Source: Octopus bimaculoides
Taxonomy: Eukaryota
Assembly: GCF_001194135.2 (NCBI RefSeq)
Contig: NC_068996.1
Span: 26,415,722-26,479,721, forward strand
Length of the DNA: 64,000 nucleotides
Direction of reading: 5' to 3'
How positions within the stretch are numbered: position 1 is the stretch's first letter; each line of letters begins with the position of its first letter. The notes under the pieces were generated by a model. That model was not told the origin of the DNA and searched no databases. It worked only from the letters and a program-made list of their open reading frames with translations. Shown piece by piece: positions 1 to 12,089 of this stretch. The translations under genes were made by a program, and so were the position numbers.

Positions 1-132
1 ATGTTGCTGTTGGTTCGAACTCTGCAAGAAGTTAAAATTTTTTTTGACTAAAACACAACTGGAACCCTAAGTAAGGCATCTGTAAAATTTGAATGAAATT
101 GGTTGCGTAGTTCTCGAGTTTTAGGGATTCAC

Positions 133-175
<43 letters not shown>

Positions 176-176
176 G
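1..176 (+). mobile_element. Probable non-autonomous Helitron/Helentron-like fragment ending in (CAGA)n
   Basis: aaatttgaatgaaattggttgcgtagttctcgagttttag followed by a (ACAG)n tract, an architecture typical of Lep1/DINE-like elements. Confidence 0.45.
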
Positions 177-197
177 CTTTGTACTTGATTAATATGA

Positions 198-362
198 GAC
201 AAGCTTTTTTCAGTTTCCATCTACCAAATCCGCTCACAAGGCTGTGGTCGGCCCAAGGCTATGGTAGAAGACACTTACCCAGGGTGCTACGCAGAGGGAC
301 TGAACCCAGAACCATATGGTTGGAAAGCAAGCTTCTTACTATACAACCACGCCTGCACCTAT
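198..362 (-). mobile_element. SINE family A, 5' half (tRNA-derived head)
   Basis: Reverse complement matches the head gtggctgtgtggtaag...ggttcagtccc...cttgggcaagtgtcttctactatagcc seen in about 20 copies in the window. Confidence 0.85.
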
Positions 363-613
363 ATATATAAATGAATTGTTAATCTGTACTCTATAAAGAA
401 ATTATCACCGCTGTAGCCGTTGTCATCATTACCATCCTTTTACATGAAATACTATCAGATTCCTCTGATGATAACTTTGCATTTCATCATTTTATGGTTG
501 ATAACATACTATAAAGTACCAGTCAACTACCAGGGTCAGTTCAATAGACAATACCCTCAACCCACCAATACCCCAAACCAAAACTCAGAGTAATAGGAGA
601 CTGAATTGACCTA

Positions 614-731
614 GTGTGGTTGTGTAGTAAGAAGCTTGCTTCCCAGCCACCTGGTTCCAGGTTCTGTTCTACTCTGCATGGCATCTTGGGCAAGTGTCTT
701 CTACTATAGCCTCGGACCAGCCAAAGCATTG
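614..731 (+). mobile_element. SINE family A head fragment
   Basis: tggttgtgtagtaagaagcttgcttcc...cttgggcaagtgtcttctactatagcc, running into (TG)n and a gap. Confidence 0.8.
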
Positions 732-764
732 TTTATATATACATCTGTGTGTGGCTGTGGGTGT

Positions 765-816
<52 letters not shown>

Positions 817-1555
817 NNNNNNNNNNNNNNNNNNNNNNNNNNNNNNNNNNNNNNNNNNNNNNNNNNNNNNNNNNNNNNNNNNNNNNNNNNNNNNNNNNNN
901 NNNNNNNNNNNNNNNNNNNNNNNNNNNNNNNNNNNNNNNNNNNNNNNNNNNNNNNNNNNNNNNNNNNNNNNNNNNNNNNNNNNNNNNNNNNNNNNNNNNN
1001 NNNNNNNNNNNNNNNNNNNNNNNNNNNNNNNNNNNNNNNNNNNNNNNNNNNNNNNNNNNNNNNNNNNNNNNNNNNNNNNNNNNNNNNNNNNNNNNNNNNN
1101 NNNNNNNNNNNNNNNNNNNNNNNNNNNNNNNNNNNNNNNNNNNNNNNNNNNNNNNNNNNNNNNNNNNNNNNNNNNNNNNNNNNNNNNNNNNNNNNNNNNN
1201 NNNNNNNNNNNNNNNNNNNNNNNNNNNNNNNNNNNNNNNNNNNNNNNNNNNNNNNNNNNNNNNNNNNNNNNNNNNNNNNNNNNNNNNNNNNNNNNNNNNN
1301 NNNNNNNNNNNNNNNNNNNNNNNNNNNNNNNNNNNNNNNNNNNNNNNNNNNNNNNNNNNNNNNNNNNNNNNNNNNNNNNNNNNNNNNNNNNNNNNNNNNN
1401 NNNNNNNNNNNNNNNNNNNNNNNNNNNNNNNNNNNNNNNNNNNNNNNNNNNNNNNNNNNNNNNNNNNNNNNNNNNNNNNNNNNNNNNNNNNNNNNNNNNN
1501 NNNNNNNNNNNNNNNNNNNNNNNNNNNNNNNNNNNNNNNNNNNNNNNNNNNNNNN

Positions 1556-1700
1556 ATTCACCCATCTTTTTTTGAAGCATTCACTAGACAAGACTTCCCT
1601 TTCTACTCTCACCTTCCTCTTCAGGTGATACTTGAAGAAATTGATCAGAGATTGCCCAGAGAGGAAAGTCTTTGTCTCTAGACCTTTCAGACACACAAGC
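1556..1700 (-). mobile_element. L1-Tx1-type LINE ORF2 C-terminal fragment
   Basis: Translates KGLETKTFLSGQSLINFFKYHLKRKVRVEREVLSSECFKKRWVN; homologous to 5549-5995. Confidence 0.6.
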
Positions 1701-1759
1701 ACACACAGACACACACATACACACACACACATACACACACATACACACACATATATATA

Positions 1760-1918
1760 TGACGGGCTTCTTTCAGTTTCCGTCTACCAAATCCACCCAC
1801 AAGGCTTTGGTCGGCCCAAGGCTATAGTAGAAGACACTTGCCCAAGGTGCCACGTTGTGGAACTGAACCCGGAACCATGTGGTTGGTAAGCAAGCTACTT
1901 ACCACACAGCCACTCCTA
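1760..1918 (-). mobile_element. SINE family A, 5' half
   Basis: Near-consensus head; A box and B-box-like ggttccgggttcagttcc on the minus strand. Confidence 0.85.
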
Positions 1919-2242
1919 CATATATGAACTTCAGGTCAGTTAAAATATGTTTATGACATATTTTAAGTTCTACGGGCAAATTCACTGTTGCTATGATGCC
2001 TGATCTGGCTCTTTAGTTTTCCTCAATGGAAAATACTGAAGAGAGGTAATTGCAAGAGAGAAACACTGGGTCAGATATGGCTGTTTTTACACCTTTCACC
2101 ATAAGAGAGGATTTTTTTTTCTCGCCATGGTAACTGCAATGAATTTGCCTTTAGAAGTTAAAATATATCAGAAAAATATTTTAACTAACCTAAAGCTGAT
2201 GCTGCTATATATATACACACATCACATATATATATATATGCA

Positions 2243-2400
2243 TACAGGTGCAGGAGTGGCTGTGTGGTAAGTAGCTTTCTTACGGACCACATGGTTCCAG
2301 GTTCAGTCACAGTGCATAGCACCTTGGGCAAGTGTCTTCTACTATAGCCTCAGGCTGTGAGTGGATTTGGTAGATGGAAACTGAAAGAAGCCTGTCATAT
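2243..2400 (+). mobile_element. SINE family A, 5' half
   Basis: caggtgcaggagtggctgtgtggtaag...gaaactgaaagaagcc followed by (TATG)n. Confidence 0.85.
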
Positions 2401-2511
2401 GTAACTGAGTATGTATGTATGTATGTATGTATGTATGTATGTATGTATGTATGTATGTATGTATGTTTGTACGTATGTATGTAATATATATATATATATA
2501 TATATGTGTGT

Positions 2512-2610
2512 TGGAGAATTTACGAAAAAAATACCAACAGACGAGGACAGGTGGTGTAAACAACAAAAGGATGTATTAGTTTAACGCTCGGGAATAGAGA
2601 AAGTCTTTAA
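2512..2610 (-). mobile_element. Fragment of the CUGUUGA-HHR repeat family (ribozyme part falls in the gap)
   Basis: Matches 26920-27015: ggagaat..acgaaaaaa...cagacgaggacaggtggtgtaaa...cgctcgggaata...aaagtcttt. Confidence 0.8.
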
Positions 2611-3189
2611 NNNNNNNNNNNNNNNNNNNNNNNNNNNNNNNNNNNNNNNNNNNNNNNNNNNNNNNNNNNNNNNNNNNNNNNNNNNNNNNNNNNNNNNNNN
2701 NNNNNNNNNNNNNNNNNNNNNNNNNNNNNNNNNNNNNNNNNNNNNNNNNNNNNNNNNNNNNNNNNNNNNNNNNNNNNNNNNNNNNNNNNNNNNNNNNNNN
2801 NNNNNNNNNNNNNNNNNNNNNNNNNNNNNNNNNNNNNNNNNNNNNNNNNNNNNNNNNNNNNNNNNNNNNNNNNNNNNNNNNNNNNNNNNNNNNNNNNNNN
2901 NNNNNNNNNNNNNNNNNNNNNNNNNNNNNNNNNNNNNNNNNNNNNNNNNNNNNNNNNNNNNNNNNNNNNNNNNNNNNNNNNNNNNNNNNNNNNNNNNNNN
3001 NNNNNNNNNNNNNNNNNNNNNNNNNNNNNNNNNNNNNNNNNNNNNNNNNNNNNNNNNNNNNNNNNNNNNNNNNNNNNNNNNNNNNNNNNNNNNNNNNNNN
3101 NNNNNNNNNNNNNNNNNNNNNNNNNNNNNNNNNNNNNNNNNNNNNNNNNNNNNNNNNNNNNNNNNNNNNNNNNNNNNNNNNNNNNNNNN

Positions 3190-3740
3190 CCTTTCTCTTC
3201 CTTCCTTCCTTCTTTCCTTCCTTCCTTCTTTCCTTCCTTCCTTCTTTCCTTCCTTCCTTCTTGCTTTCCTCCCTCCCTCCCTTCTTTCCTACCTTCCTTC
3301 CTTCCTTCTTTTCTTCCTTCCTTCCTTCTTTTCTTCCTTCCTTCCTTCATTTCATTTTCCTTTTTCTTTCTTTCTTTCTTTCTTTCTTTTTCCCCTCCTT
3401 CAGTCATTTCTTCATTTCATTTTCCTTGTTTATTTTTCTTACTTTCTTTCTTTTCTTTCCTTCCTTCCTTCATTTCATTTTCTTTGTTTTTGTTCTTTTT
3501 CTTTCTCTTCCCTCCTTCCTTCCTTCATTTCTTCCTTCCTTTCATCATTTCATTTTCCTCGTTTTCTTTCTTTTTACTTTCTTTTTCTTTCTCGCTTTCT
3601 TTCTTTCTCGCTTTCTTTCTTTCTTTCTTTCCTTTTATTCATTTCGTTTTCCTTGTTTTGTTTTCTTTCTTCTTTTCCTTCCTTCTTTCCTTTTTTCATT
3701 TCATTTTCTATGTTTTCTTTCTTTCTTTCTTTTTATATAT
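3190..3740. repeat. (CTTT)n/(CTTC)n pyrimidine-rich simple repeat
   Basis: Direct reading. Confidence 0.95.
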
Positions 3741-4104
3741 TTAATCTTTTTTATCATCTTACTCGCAGTCAATTGTTGTTATTTCCCCCCAAAATAGAAA
3801 CCAATAACTGGATACTTTACGATATCCAAGGCAAGTCAGACACATTACAGTAAACCCTATGTTAAGAGTTTGCTTACTTATCATCTGAGTTCAAATCTCA
3901 CCATTTGCAGCAAGTATCATCTCTCATTTATGTCACCCAATTCTCAAGTGTGTCAGTACAGTAAACAACGATAATTAAGATACTAGTGTTAATTACATTG
4001 GTTAGGTCTTCTCTAAATTAACATAAATAAAACTAAATGAATAAATAAGAATAAGTTTTGATAAAGAATTAGTTTTCATGGATCTCTTAGAAACACAAGT
4101 GAAG

Positions 4105-4660
4105 AGAGAGAGACAGAGCGGAGGAGACAGACAGATAGACAGATAGACAGAGACAGACAGATAGACAGAGACAGACAGATAGACAGAGACAGACAGAGAC
4201 AGACAGANNNNNNNNNNNNNNNNNNNNNNNNNNNNNNNNNNNNNNNNNNNNNNNNNNNNNNNNNNNNNNNNNNNNNNNNNNNNNNNNNNNNNNNNNNNNN
4301 NNNNNNNNNNNNNNNNNNNNNNNNNNNNNNNNNNNNNNNNNNNNNNNNNNNNNNNNNNNNNNNNNNNNNNNNNNNNNNNNNNNNNNNNNNNNNNNNNNNN
4401 NNNNNNNNNNNNNNNNNNNNNNNNNNNNNNNNNNNNNNNNNNNNNNNNNNNNNNNNNNNNNNNNNNNNNNNNNNNNNNNNNNNNNNNNNNNNNNNNNNNA
4501 GATAGACAGAGACAGACAGATAGACAGAGACAGACAGATAGACAGAGACAGACAGATAGACAGAGACAGACAGATAGACAGAGACAGACAGATAGACAGA
4601 GACAGACAGATAGACAGAGAGAGAGAAAGACAGACAGATAAACAGAGAGAGAAACTGAGA

Positions 4661-4700
<40 letters not shown>

Positions 4701-4710
4701 NNNNNNNNNN

Positions 4711-4742
<32 letters not shown>
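4105..4742. repeat. 18-bp minisatellite (GATAGACAGAGACAGACA)n merging into (GA)n, interrupted by gaps
   Basis: Perfect 18-nt periodicity at about 4140-4205 and 4501-4618. Confidence 0.9.
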
Positions 4743-4749
<7 letters not shown>

Positions 4750-5324
4750 TACAGAATGTTGGGTATGCGGAAGATCAACTCCATGAATTGTATTTTTTGC
4801 AAAAACTGGTTTGTTCACTCCTGCTTGTATTGATTGTAGTGCACTGAAATTGATAATTACCAATTAGAAGCTAATTGGAATCATAGCTAGTCAGTCTTTG
4901 TCTTTATTTATTTTTTTAACCATTCCCCATTCCATCCTGAACTACACATCAGTTCATCCATGCTCAACAATCATGTTATATAGCTTCTTTTGTAGCATTC
5001 CAGATGAGAAGAGATTATTAATCAGCCCCAGTTCAACCCTTTTGCATTTCTTGGTCATCCAAGGGGTCAGACACACATGAATGGTTCCTAATGACTGAGC
5101 AGTGTAGTTAATTTCAATGGGGACACAAGAAACAGTCTCATTACCATCAGTTAATTCATCAGAAATAGCAGTAAAATCTCCCTCAAACTACTCCCTACCA
5201 TATTAAAAAAAAAAAATGAATGAAAGAGAAGACATTAATATAATATAGTCTTAGATATATACTCTGTTTAAATTAAGAGCCAGGGTGATCATTGTTGGAA
5301 TATTTTCCAATCATAATAATAATA

Positions 5325-5540
5325 ATGGTTTCAAATTTTGCCACAAGGGCAGCCATTTTGGGGGTGGAGGGGATAAGTCGATTACATCAACCCCAGTGTT
5401 CAGCTTGTACTTATTTTATTGACCCTGAGAGGATAAAAAGCAAAGTTGACCTCAGCAGAATTCGAACTCAGAATGTAGTGACGAATGAAATACCACGAAG
5501 CATTTCATCCAGTGCACTAACGATTCTGTCAGCTCACTGC
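5325..5540 (-). mobile_element. SINE family B (tRNA-derived)
   Basis: Reverse complement gives aaggcagtgagctgacagaatcgttag...ctgagttcgaattc...gtcaactttgc...aataagtac...ggggttgatgtaatcgact...cttgtgg. Confidence 0.85.
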
Positions 5541-5548
5541 CTTGATTG

Positions 5549-5995
5549 TAATAATAATAATAATAATTAATTCATTTATTGGCCACAAGGGCTTACTAGA
5601 ATTACATTAAAAGACATACAACAACATAAAAGACAAAAACAGGATGATACAATGGGTTTTACAACTTGTAAACAATATAATAACAATTAAAATTAAACAA
5701 CTTAAAAGTCTCAATAGGGGAGGCACTTTAAGGACCTTGCAGAAAACCCCACAAAACCCACAGGTGCCTGAACAGCAGGGCAAGAGTCCTTCTCCTTTTG
5801 GTTACAGGTGCACACTCAGAATTGGTCCTTTCACACTGGCCATCTTTCCAACATTCGCCCACCTTTCGACAAACTTGCTAGAAGGCAACACTTCCCTTCC
5901 ACCCTCAGCTTCCTTTTCAAGTTGATGAGGGCTTAGCCAAACAGGAAAGTGTCTGTCTTTAGCCCCTTCAAATGGGTCCACCATACTACCTCTTT
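5549..5995 (-). mobile_element. L1-Tx1-type LINE 3' end with 3' UTR and (TTA)n tail
   Basis: ORF 5802-6008 ends ...EVLPSSKFVERWANVGKMASVKGPILSVHL*; aataaa followed by an (ATT)n tail. Confidence 0.6.
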
Positions 5996-6000
5996 CTACT

Positions 6001-6205
6001 ATAGGCACAAGGCCTGAAATTTGTGGGAGAGGGAAGTAAATCGATCACATCAACCCCAGCACTTGACTGGTACTTAATTCATCGACCCCAAAAAGATGAA
6101 AGGCAAAGATGGCCTCAGCAGAATTTGAACTCAATGTAAAGACAGATGAAATACCGCTAAGCATTTCACCCAGCATGCTAATGATTCTGCCAGCTCGCCG
6201 CCTTA
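6001..6205 (-). mobile_element. SINE family B
   Basis: Near-consensus copy beginning aaggcggcgagctggcagaatc on the minus strand. Confidence 0.9.
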
Positions 6206-6227
6206 ATAATGATAATAATAATAATAA

Positions 6228-6383
6228 TTCAAATTTTGGCAAAAGGCCAGCAATTTTGGGGGGAAGGGTAAGTCAATTACATTGAAGTCAACCTCAATGG
6301 AATTTGAATTCAGAATGTAAAGATGAACAAAATGCCACTGAGCATTTTGCTTGGCATAGTAATGATTCTGCCAGCTCACCACC

Positions 6384-6385
<2 letters not shown>
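6228..6385 (-). mobile_element. SINE family B, internally deleted
   Basis: Head and tail present, central part missing; bounded by (AAT)n. Confidence 0.8.
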
Positions 6386-6419
<34 letters not shown>

Positions 6420-6424
<5 letters not shown>

Positions 6425-6730
6425 CATTATCGTCATTTAACATCCGCTTTCCATGCTAGCATGGGTTGGATGATTTGACTGAGGACTGGTGAAACCAGAT
6501 GGCTACACCAGGCTCCAATCTGATTTGGCAGAGTTTCTACAGCTGGATGCCTTTCCTACTGCCAACCATTCAGAGAGTGTAGTGGGTGCTTTTAGGTGCC
6601 ACCAGCACGAAGGCCAGTCAGACGGTACTGGCAACGGCCACACTCAAAATGGTGTATTTTATGTGTCACCCGCACAAGAGCCAGTCCAGGGGCACTGGCA
6701 ATGATCTCGCTCGAAAGTCCTTACACATGC
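6420..6730 (-). mobile_element. RTE LINE 3' UTR copy with (GAT)n tail
   Basis: Highly similar to 35603-35900 and to 37137-37365, which is contiguous with an RTE ORF2 C-terminus. Confidence 0.85.
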
Positions 6731-7821
6731 CGCAATAATAATAATAATTTTTTCTGCAATAGGCACAAAGCCTGAAATTTTGGGGGAGGGGTCTAGTCGA
6801 TTCCTTTGACCCCAGTACTTGACTGATATTTATTTTATTGACTTCAAAAGGCTGAAAAGCAAAGTTGACCTGTATATTACTATATATATTTCAGCATGTA
6901 TAAATCTAATTTCGTTTTTGTATTTGGTTTACAAGTGCTGGGTTGCGAGTTAAAACACATTTTGTTGTATCTCAAGAAGGTTGTTATGCTAATAATTTGT
7001 CAAATAAATAATAAAGACATGAAATGGAACCAGTACATGTATTTATTATTGGAAAAATGACCTTCCAAGATACAACAAAATTATCTGATTCTTAGTCCAC
7101 TAACCGTTCAATTCCAGTCAGAATTGTACTAATGAAAAAATAAATAAATAAAAAGGGGGTGAGGTTCTATACAAACTGAGCTGGTAGTTGGTCCTGAACA
7201 TTAAGTTCTCCGATTTAGAATCTTAGAATTTTGAATTTCACTGGTGTAGCTTTATGATGGCCTGAACTCCACTGAAGGTATCCAAATTCCATGAGTACTA
7301 TTAAAACTCCATTCTTAAATGACAAGTCTTTATCAGTTTTCACATGAATATTAACCTGTTCTCATAATTTTGGATACCATGCATCATTACTGCTTCCAAA
7401 TTTTTTTCTTTACCTCTTTTTACAATTTCTGTAGGTCTTGTCACCTTAATAGTAAAGTTTTCTGCCCTTTTTTTTTACTTCCTTTCTCTATAATTCTCTA
7501 GCATATTCCATTCATTCTTTCTGAGAAAGAGCTCTGATAAAAATATAAGGATTCTCTTCTCACAGCAGAATGATGTCACAAATTCTGCTTATTTCTATTT
7601 TTTTATTTTTTGTATTCTATTGCAATATTTTATTCTGCTTGTCAATTATAAGGCTTCTGTAAAGATTTCTTCCATACACTTGACAACTTACAAAATTCTA
7701 TGTCTTTTGACCAAACCAATAAAGTACTGGCTACTATTGAGACATTACACAACAATGTTTCTCATGTAAGGGAGAGAGCTTACTAGTGAGCTGTATCAGG
7801 TCTCTGGTGTTCAATAACAGT

Positions 7822-8035
7822 TTCAAATTTTGACACAAGAACAGTAATTTTAGTGGGTGTGGAGCAAGTCAATTACAGCATCACCAGTGTTCAACTAGTA
7901 CCTTATTATATCAACTCTGAAAGGATGAAAGCTAAAGTTGACCTTGTCAAAATTTGAACTCAGGACATAAGGAGCTCAAAGAAATACTGCTATGCATTTT
8001 GTCCAACATGCTAACAATTCTGCCAATTTACCATC
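7822..8035 (-). mobile_element. SINE family B, diverged
   Basis: aaggatgaaagctaaagttgacctt...atttgaactcag motif block. Confidence 0.75.
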
Positions 8036-9268
8036 TTCCTGATGTTCAATAATAAAATTAATGAGATGTTTGAGTTTGTGACAATGATGCCCATTTTGAG
8101 ATTATTTATTATTTGTGGTAGCCATGAGTGTGTGTACACATGGCTTTGGATCAGTTTCATTTGTTACTATGGTCAGCTGCTATACTATCTTTTGTACCAC
8201 ACTTAAGATAGTGTGTTTGCTCATCTTTTCACTTACATAGGCTTTCATTGCCAAATGTATCCTTCAATCATTTAAGATTGCAAGATATGATTTGAAGGAA
8301 ATTTGGTTGCTATTTCTTGCAGTTTGAGTTTCTAGGCAGAGGCTTTACCTCATTAGCTTAAAAGTAATTCACTTAACTAGTTGTTGTTTATCCCCACATC
8401 AACTTGGGGTGAACAGATGTATTATGAAAGTTTTCTAGTATGACCTTTCTTTTGTATATCAGAACTACACTATCGAATAAATACTTTAGGTAAGACAGTA
8501 GGATGCGATTTGAAGGAGATTTGGTGACTGCTTCCTGATAGAAAGCTCCTTTACTGTATATTTATCATTGCACATCACCTGACATTCATTTACATCTCCT
8601 TACTTTTCTTCAGCATAAAACAACTTCTGTTTGCTGTCTGTCTCCATGTCTCTCTCTCTCCCTCTTTTTTCTCTTACTCTTTTCCTCTCCCTCTCGCTTC
8701 CTCTTTCACTGTCTTTTTACTTTTTCATTCCTTTAGAGAGGATATCATTAAAAAGACATTCTGAAGGCCATTTATTCCAAACAAAAAGAATTACTCATTC
8801 TGTAGGTAACAAAGGTCAATTAAGGACAAGAGAACAATTTGATCAGCAAAAAATTTCAACAAGTCACACATTCTTTTTCCTCAAACACTAATTCATGCAA
8901 AGAACATCTCTCAAAAGTGGTAACCCTGTCAAGGAATCACTTCTGGTCAAAACAGTATCATTTCTAAAAAGGTTAAATATTCTTTCTATCAATGCAAGAA
9001 GTTGATTCAATACCAATAGTGTAAGAATTTTAATTGCTCTTATCATGGAACTATTCTTCATGTTTTAGTTTATATGTTCCGCTTTGAACAGGTAAGAGAT
9101 AAGTCTGAAAGATTAACTTAAGTATATTCAGGGCTGTTACAGTGGGGCATCACTGACAATATGTTGTTTCTACAGCTACCATTATTCTTTTATATGTTCA
9201 TTCTTTCATATGTTTCAGCCCTTAGGTTGTGGCCATGCTGGGGTACCATATATATATATAAATATTTA

Positions 9269-9664
9269 TTCTTTTACTTGTTTCAGTTATTTGACTGCAG
9301 CCATGCTGGAGCAACACATTAGTTGAACAAATCAACTCCAGGACTTATTCTTTGTAAGTCTAGCACTTATTCTATCAGTATCTTTTTGCTGAGATGCTAT
9401 GCAATGGGGACATAAACATACCAACATCGGTTGTCAAGCGATGGTGTGGGGACAAACACAGACACAAATAACAAATACATACCTACATATATATATACAT
9501 ATGTACATAAATGGGATTCTTTCAGTTTCTGTCTACCAAATTCACTCACGAGACTTTGGTTAGCCCGAGGCTATAATAGAAGACTCTTGTCCAAGGTGCC
9601 ACGCAGTGGGACTGAACCTGGAACCATGTGGTTGGGAAGTAAGCTTCTTACCACACAGCCACAC
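9269..9664 (-). mobile_element. SINE family A, full length
   Basis: Head, internal (TA/CA) microsatellite, second domain and tgactgaaacaagtaaaag tail all present. Confidence 0.9.
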
Positions 9665-10166
9665 AGCTACACAGCCACTCTTGTATATATAATTAGAAGA
9701 AAAGATGAGGTTAAAAAATCCTGGCTGATGTCAATAAAGCACTCAGTATTAAAAGAATTTGGTTATAAATCTTCAACAACCAGATGCCAGTAAACGTAGG
9801 TAGAATATGCATCGCAGGTTAATCCTCATGCATAACAGGTAAGACCGAATAGCCTTTTGCAGGATTTCAAGAAATTCAGAATATTTAATAACAAAAGATG
9901 CATACAGAGAAAATTACATCTTTATTATAGGTCTCACCTTATAAAGGTGACAATTATTTTTGTTGTGTTAACATATATGTGTATAGTGTGTGTATATTTA
10001 TNNNNNNNNNNNNNNNNNNNNNNNNNNNNNNNNNNNNNNNNNNNNNNNNNAAACAAGGTAGGAAAAAATAGTATTCAAATACCAGAGATTGAGTAATATG
10101 CTTTATTATAAAAGCTGCAAAAACATAACAAAAACTATTACAAAAAACTATTACTGAGTTTCACAT

Positions 10167-10485
10167 TCCTGTTCATCAGGTATTTGTGATCTAGAATGGA
10201 ATAAGAATTTAGGAAATACGTATAATTTATATTATGATGTGATTCACATTGACAGATACACATTTGAATTTGATTGGTCGTTTCAACTGTTTTTTAAAAA
10301 AATTTTATATATCTTTTATATATATTTTTTTTGTTTATATTTACTGCTTTTTAGAAAACTGTTAGTTGAAATGACCAATCAAGTTCAAATGTGTATCTGT
10401 CAATGGGAATTACATCATAATATGAATTACACGTATAATCTAAATTCTTATTTCATTCTGGATCACAACTGCCCAATGAACGGGA
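10167..10485. repeat. Fold-back / MITE-like inverted repeat, arms about 120 bp, spacer about 77 bp
   Basis: 10247-10287 is the reverse complement of 10365-10405 with 2 mismatches in 41 nt; pairing continues outward with more mismatches. Confidence 0.85.
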
Positions 10486-11911
10486 TAACAAAAATGTTTT
10501 ATAAAATAAAAATAAAACATAAACATATTTTTAAAAAGTCACTTTTATCTTTCATCATTTCAAGGATCTGCATAGAAATACAATCTAAAAAAGACTATCT
10601 TTGTATTCAGCTATTGGTGATGCCATTTGATAACTAAAGACTAAAAACTAAAGATAAGAATTCTATGTTATGGTTAATAGGAACTTAGATACTTTACAAC
10701 ACAACAATTAGTTAGCTATTTACTCATTATATTAAACCTTTTTATAAGAATTAACCTTATTATATGTAATATATGAAAAATTATTATAACTAATAATTAA
10801 AATATCTGAATGTCATTCTAAATTTATGGCAACATCTTATTGTAAAGGTTCCATTAAAATTCAATAAAATTAATTTAGAAGTAATTATATAATACAGGCA
10901 AAGATCACATGTAGAATTACCAATTTTGTATGATGGTGCGTAACTAATAATGGACAACTTTTATATATATATATAAATTTCTTCCAAAGATGGAGTAGGT
11001 AACATCACAATTATAGCTTAAAATTGTGTAAATTCATGTGTATTTATTACCATCAATTTAGTACATATATATGTATGCACAATGCACATCACTGTATCTT
11101 TTTGCCACCAAATCCTTGAAACAGCTGTAATGTACTGCCTTGAATTTTCTCCTCTCTTTTCTTTATCTTTACCACCATATGAAATCTTTGGATATTTATC
11201 TGTTTATGAGAGACTACAACTATAGCCATCACACCTCTATGCTACCACCACTTAATTATAGCCACTACCACCCCACTCAAAAGCTACCACTTACCTCTAA
11301 CATCTATGCTACTCAATTTTTATAATAGTCATTTCTGTATATTCACACCTACCACTACACCAATACAGTGACTACCACACCTCTCTAACTACAACCACCA
11401 CCTCTATAGCTGCTATTGCATCTCTACATCCACTACCACACCTCTACAGCAGCCACATTAACCATCACATCACCACTACAGTAATCACTACTCTATCTCT
11501 ACAACTACCACCATCACCACCACTATCACCACACTATTTATTCTTCCATGTTCATATCTCTAACAGTTTATATTCTTCTCTACTAACACAGCACTTCAGG
11601 TTATCATTTCATTCTGTCTTGCTAGTCAGATGACACATGTTATTTATCAAAATCTTTTGATCAAAGAAGAGATAAATTCCAATCTTAGTTTACTTTACAT
11701 TATCTGACATACATTCAACAGCTGGATATCAGTTTAACGGAAACCGTAGAATATTAATTTAAAATGGATATCTGTTTATTTTGAATGTCAGTACTATAAT
11801 CCATTGTTATCTTAGAAACACCATCGGAGATTAAATCTTTAATACACATATGTAGATAGTGTGTCTAAATATATAAATATAATTGGTAAAAAGCTGACCG
11901 TTCCCAAGTAT

Positions 11912-11977
<66 letters not shown>

Positions 11978-12089
11978 TACATATATACGTTCAAGTGTAT
12001 GTGTATAAAATTTGTGGTATCTCTTATTTATCTCATGTGACATTCTTGTTGTTTTCTATAATTCACATAGACATAAAGACTTTGCATAG

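Noticed and set aside
7190-7560. Possible Gypsy pol relic (cttagaattttgaatttcactggtgtag resembles 28082-28110)
   Set aside because: Only a ~25-nt resemblance and a VQAII-like peptide; too degraded to call.
9680-9900. Possible second Naiad endonuclease tail (YKSSTTRCQ)
   Set aside because: The similarity is limited to one short motif with stops.
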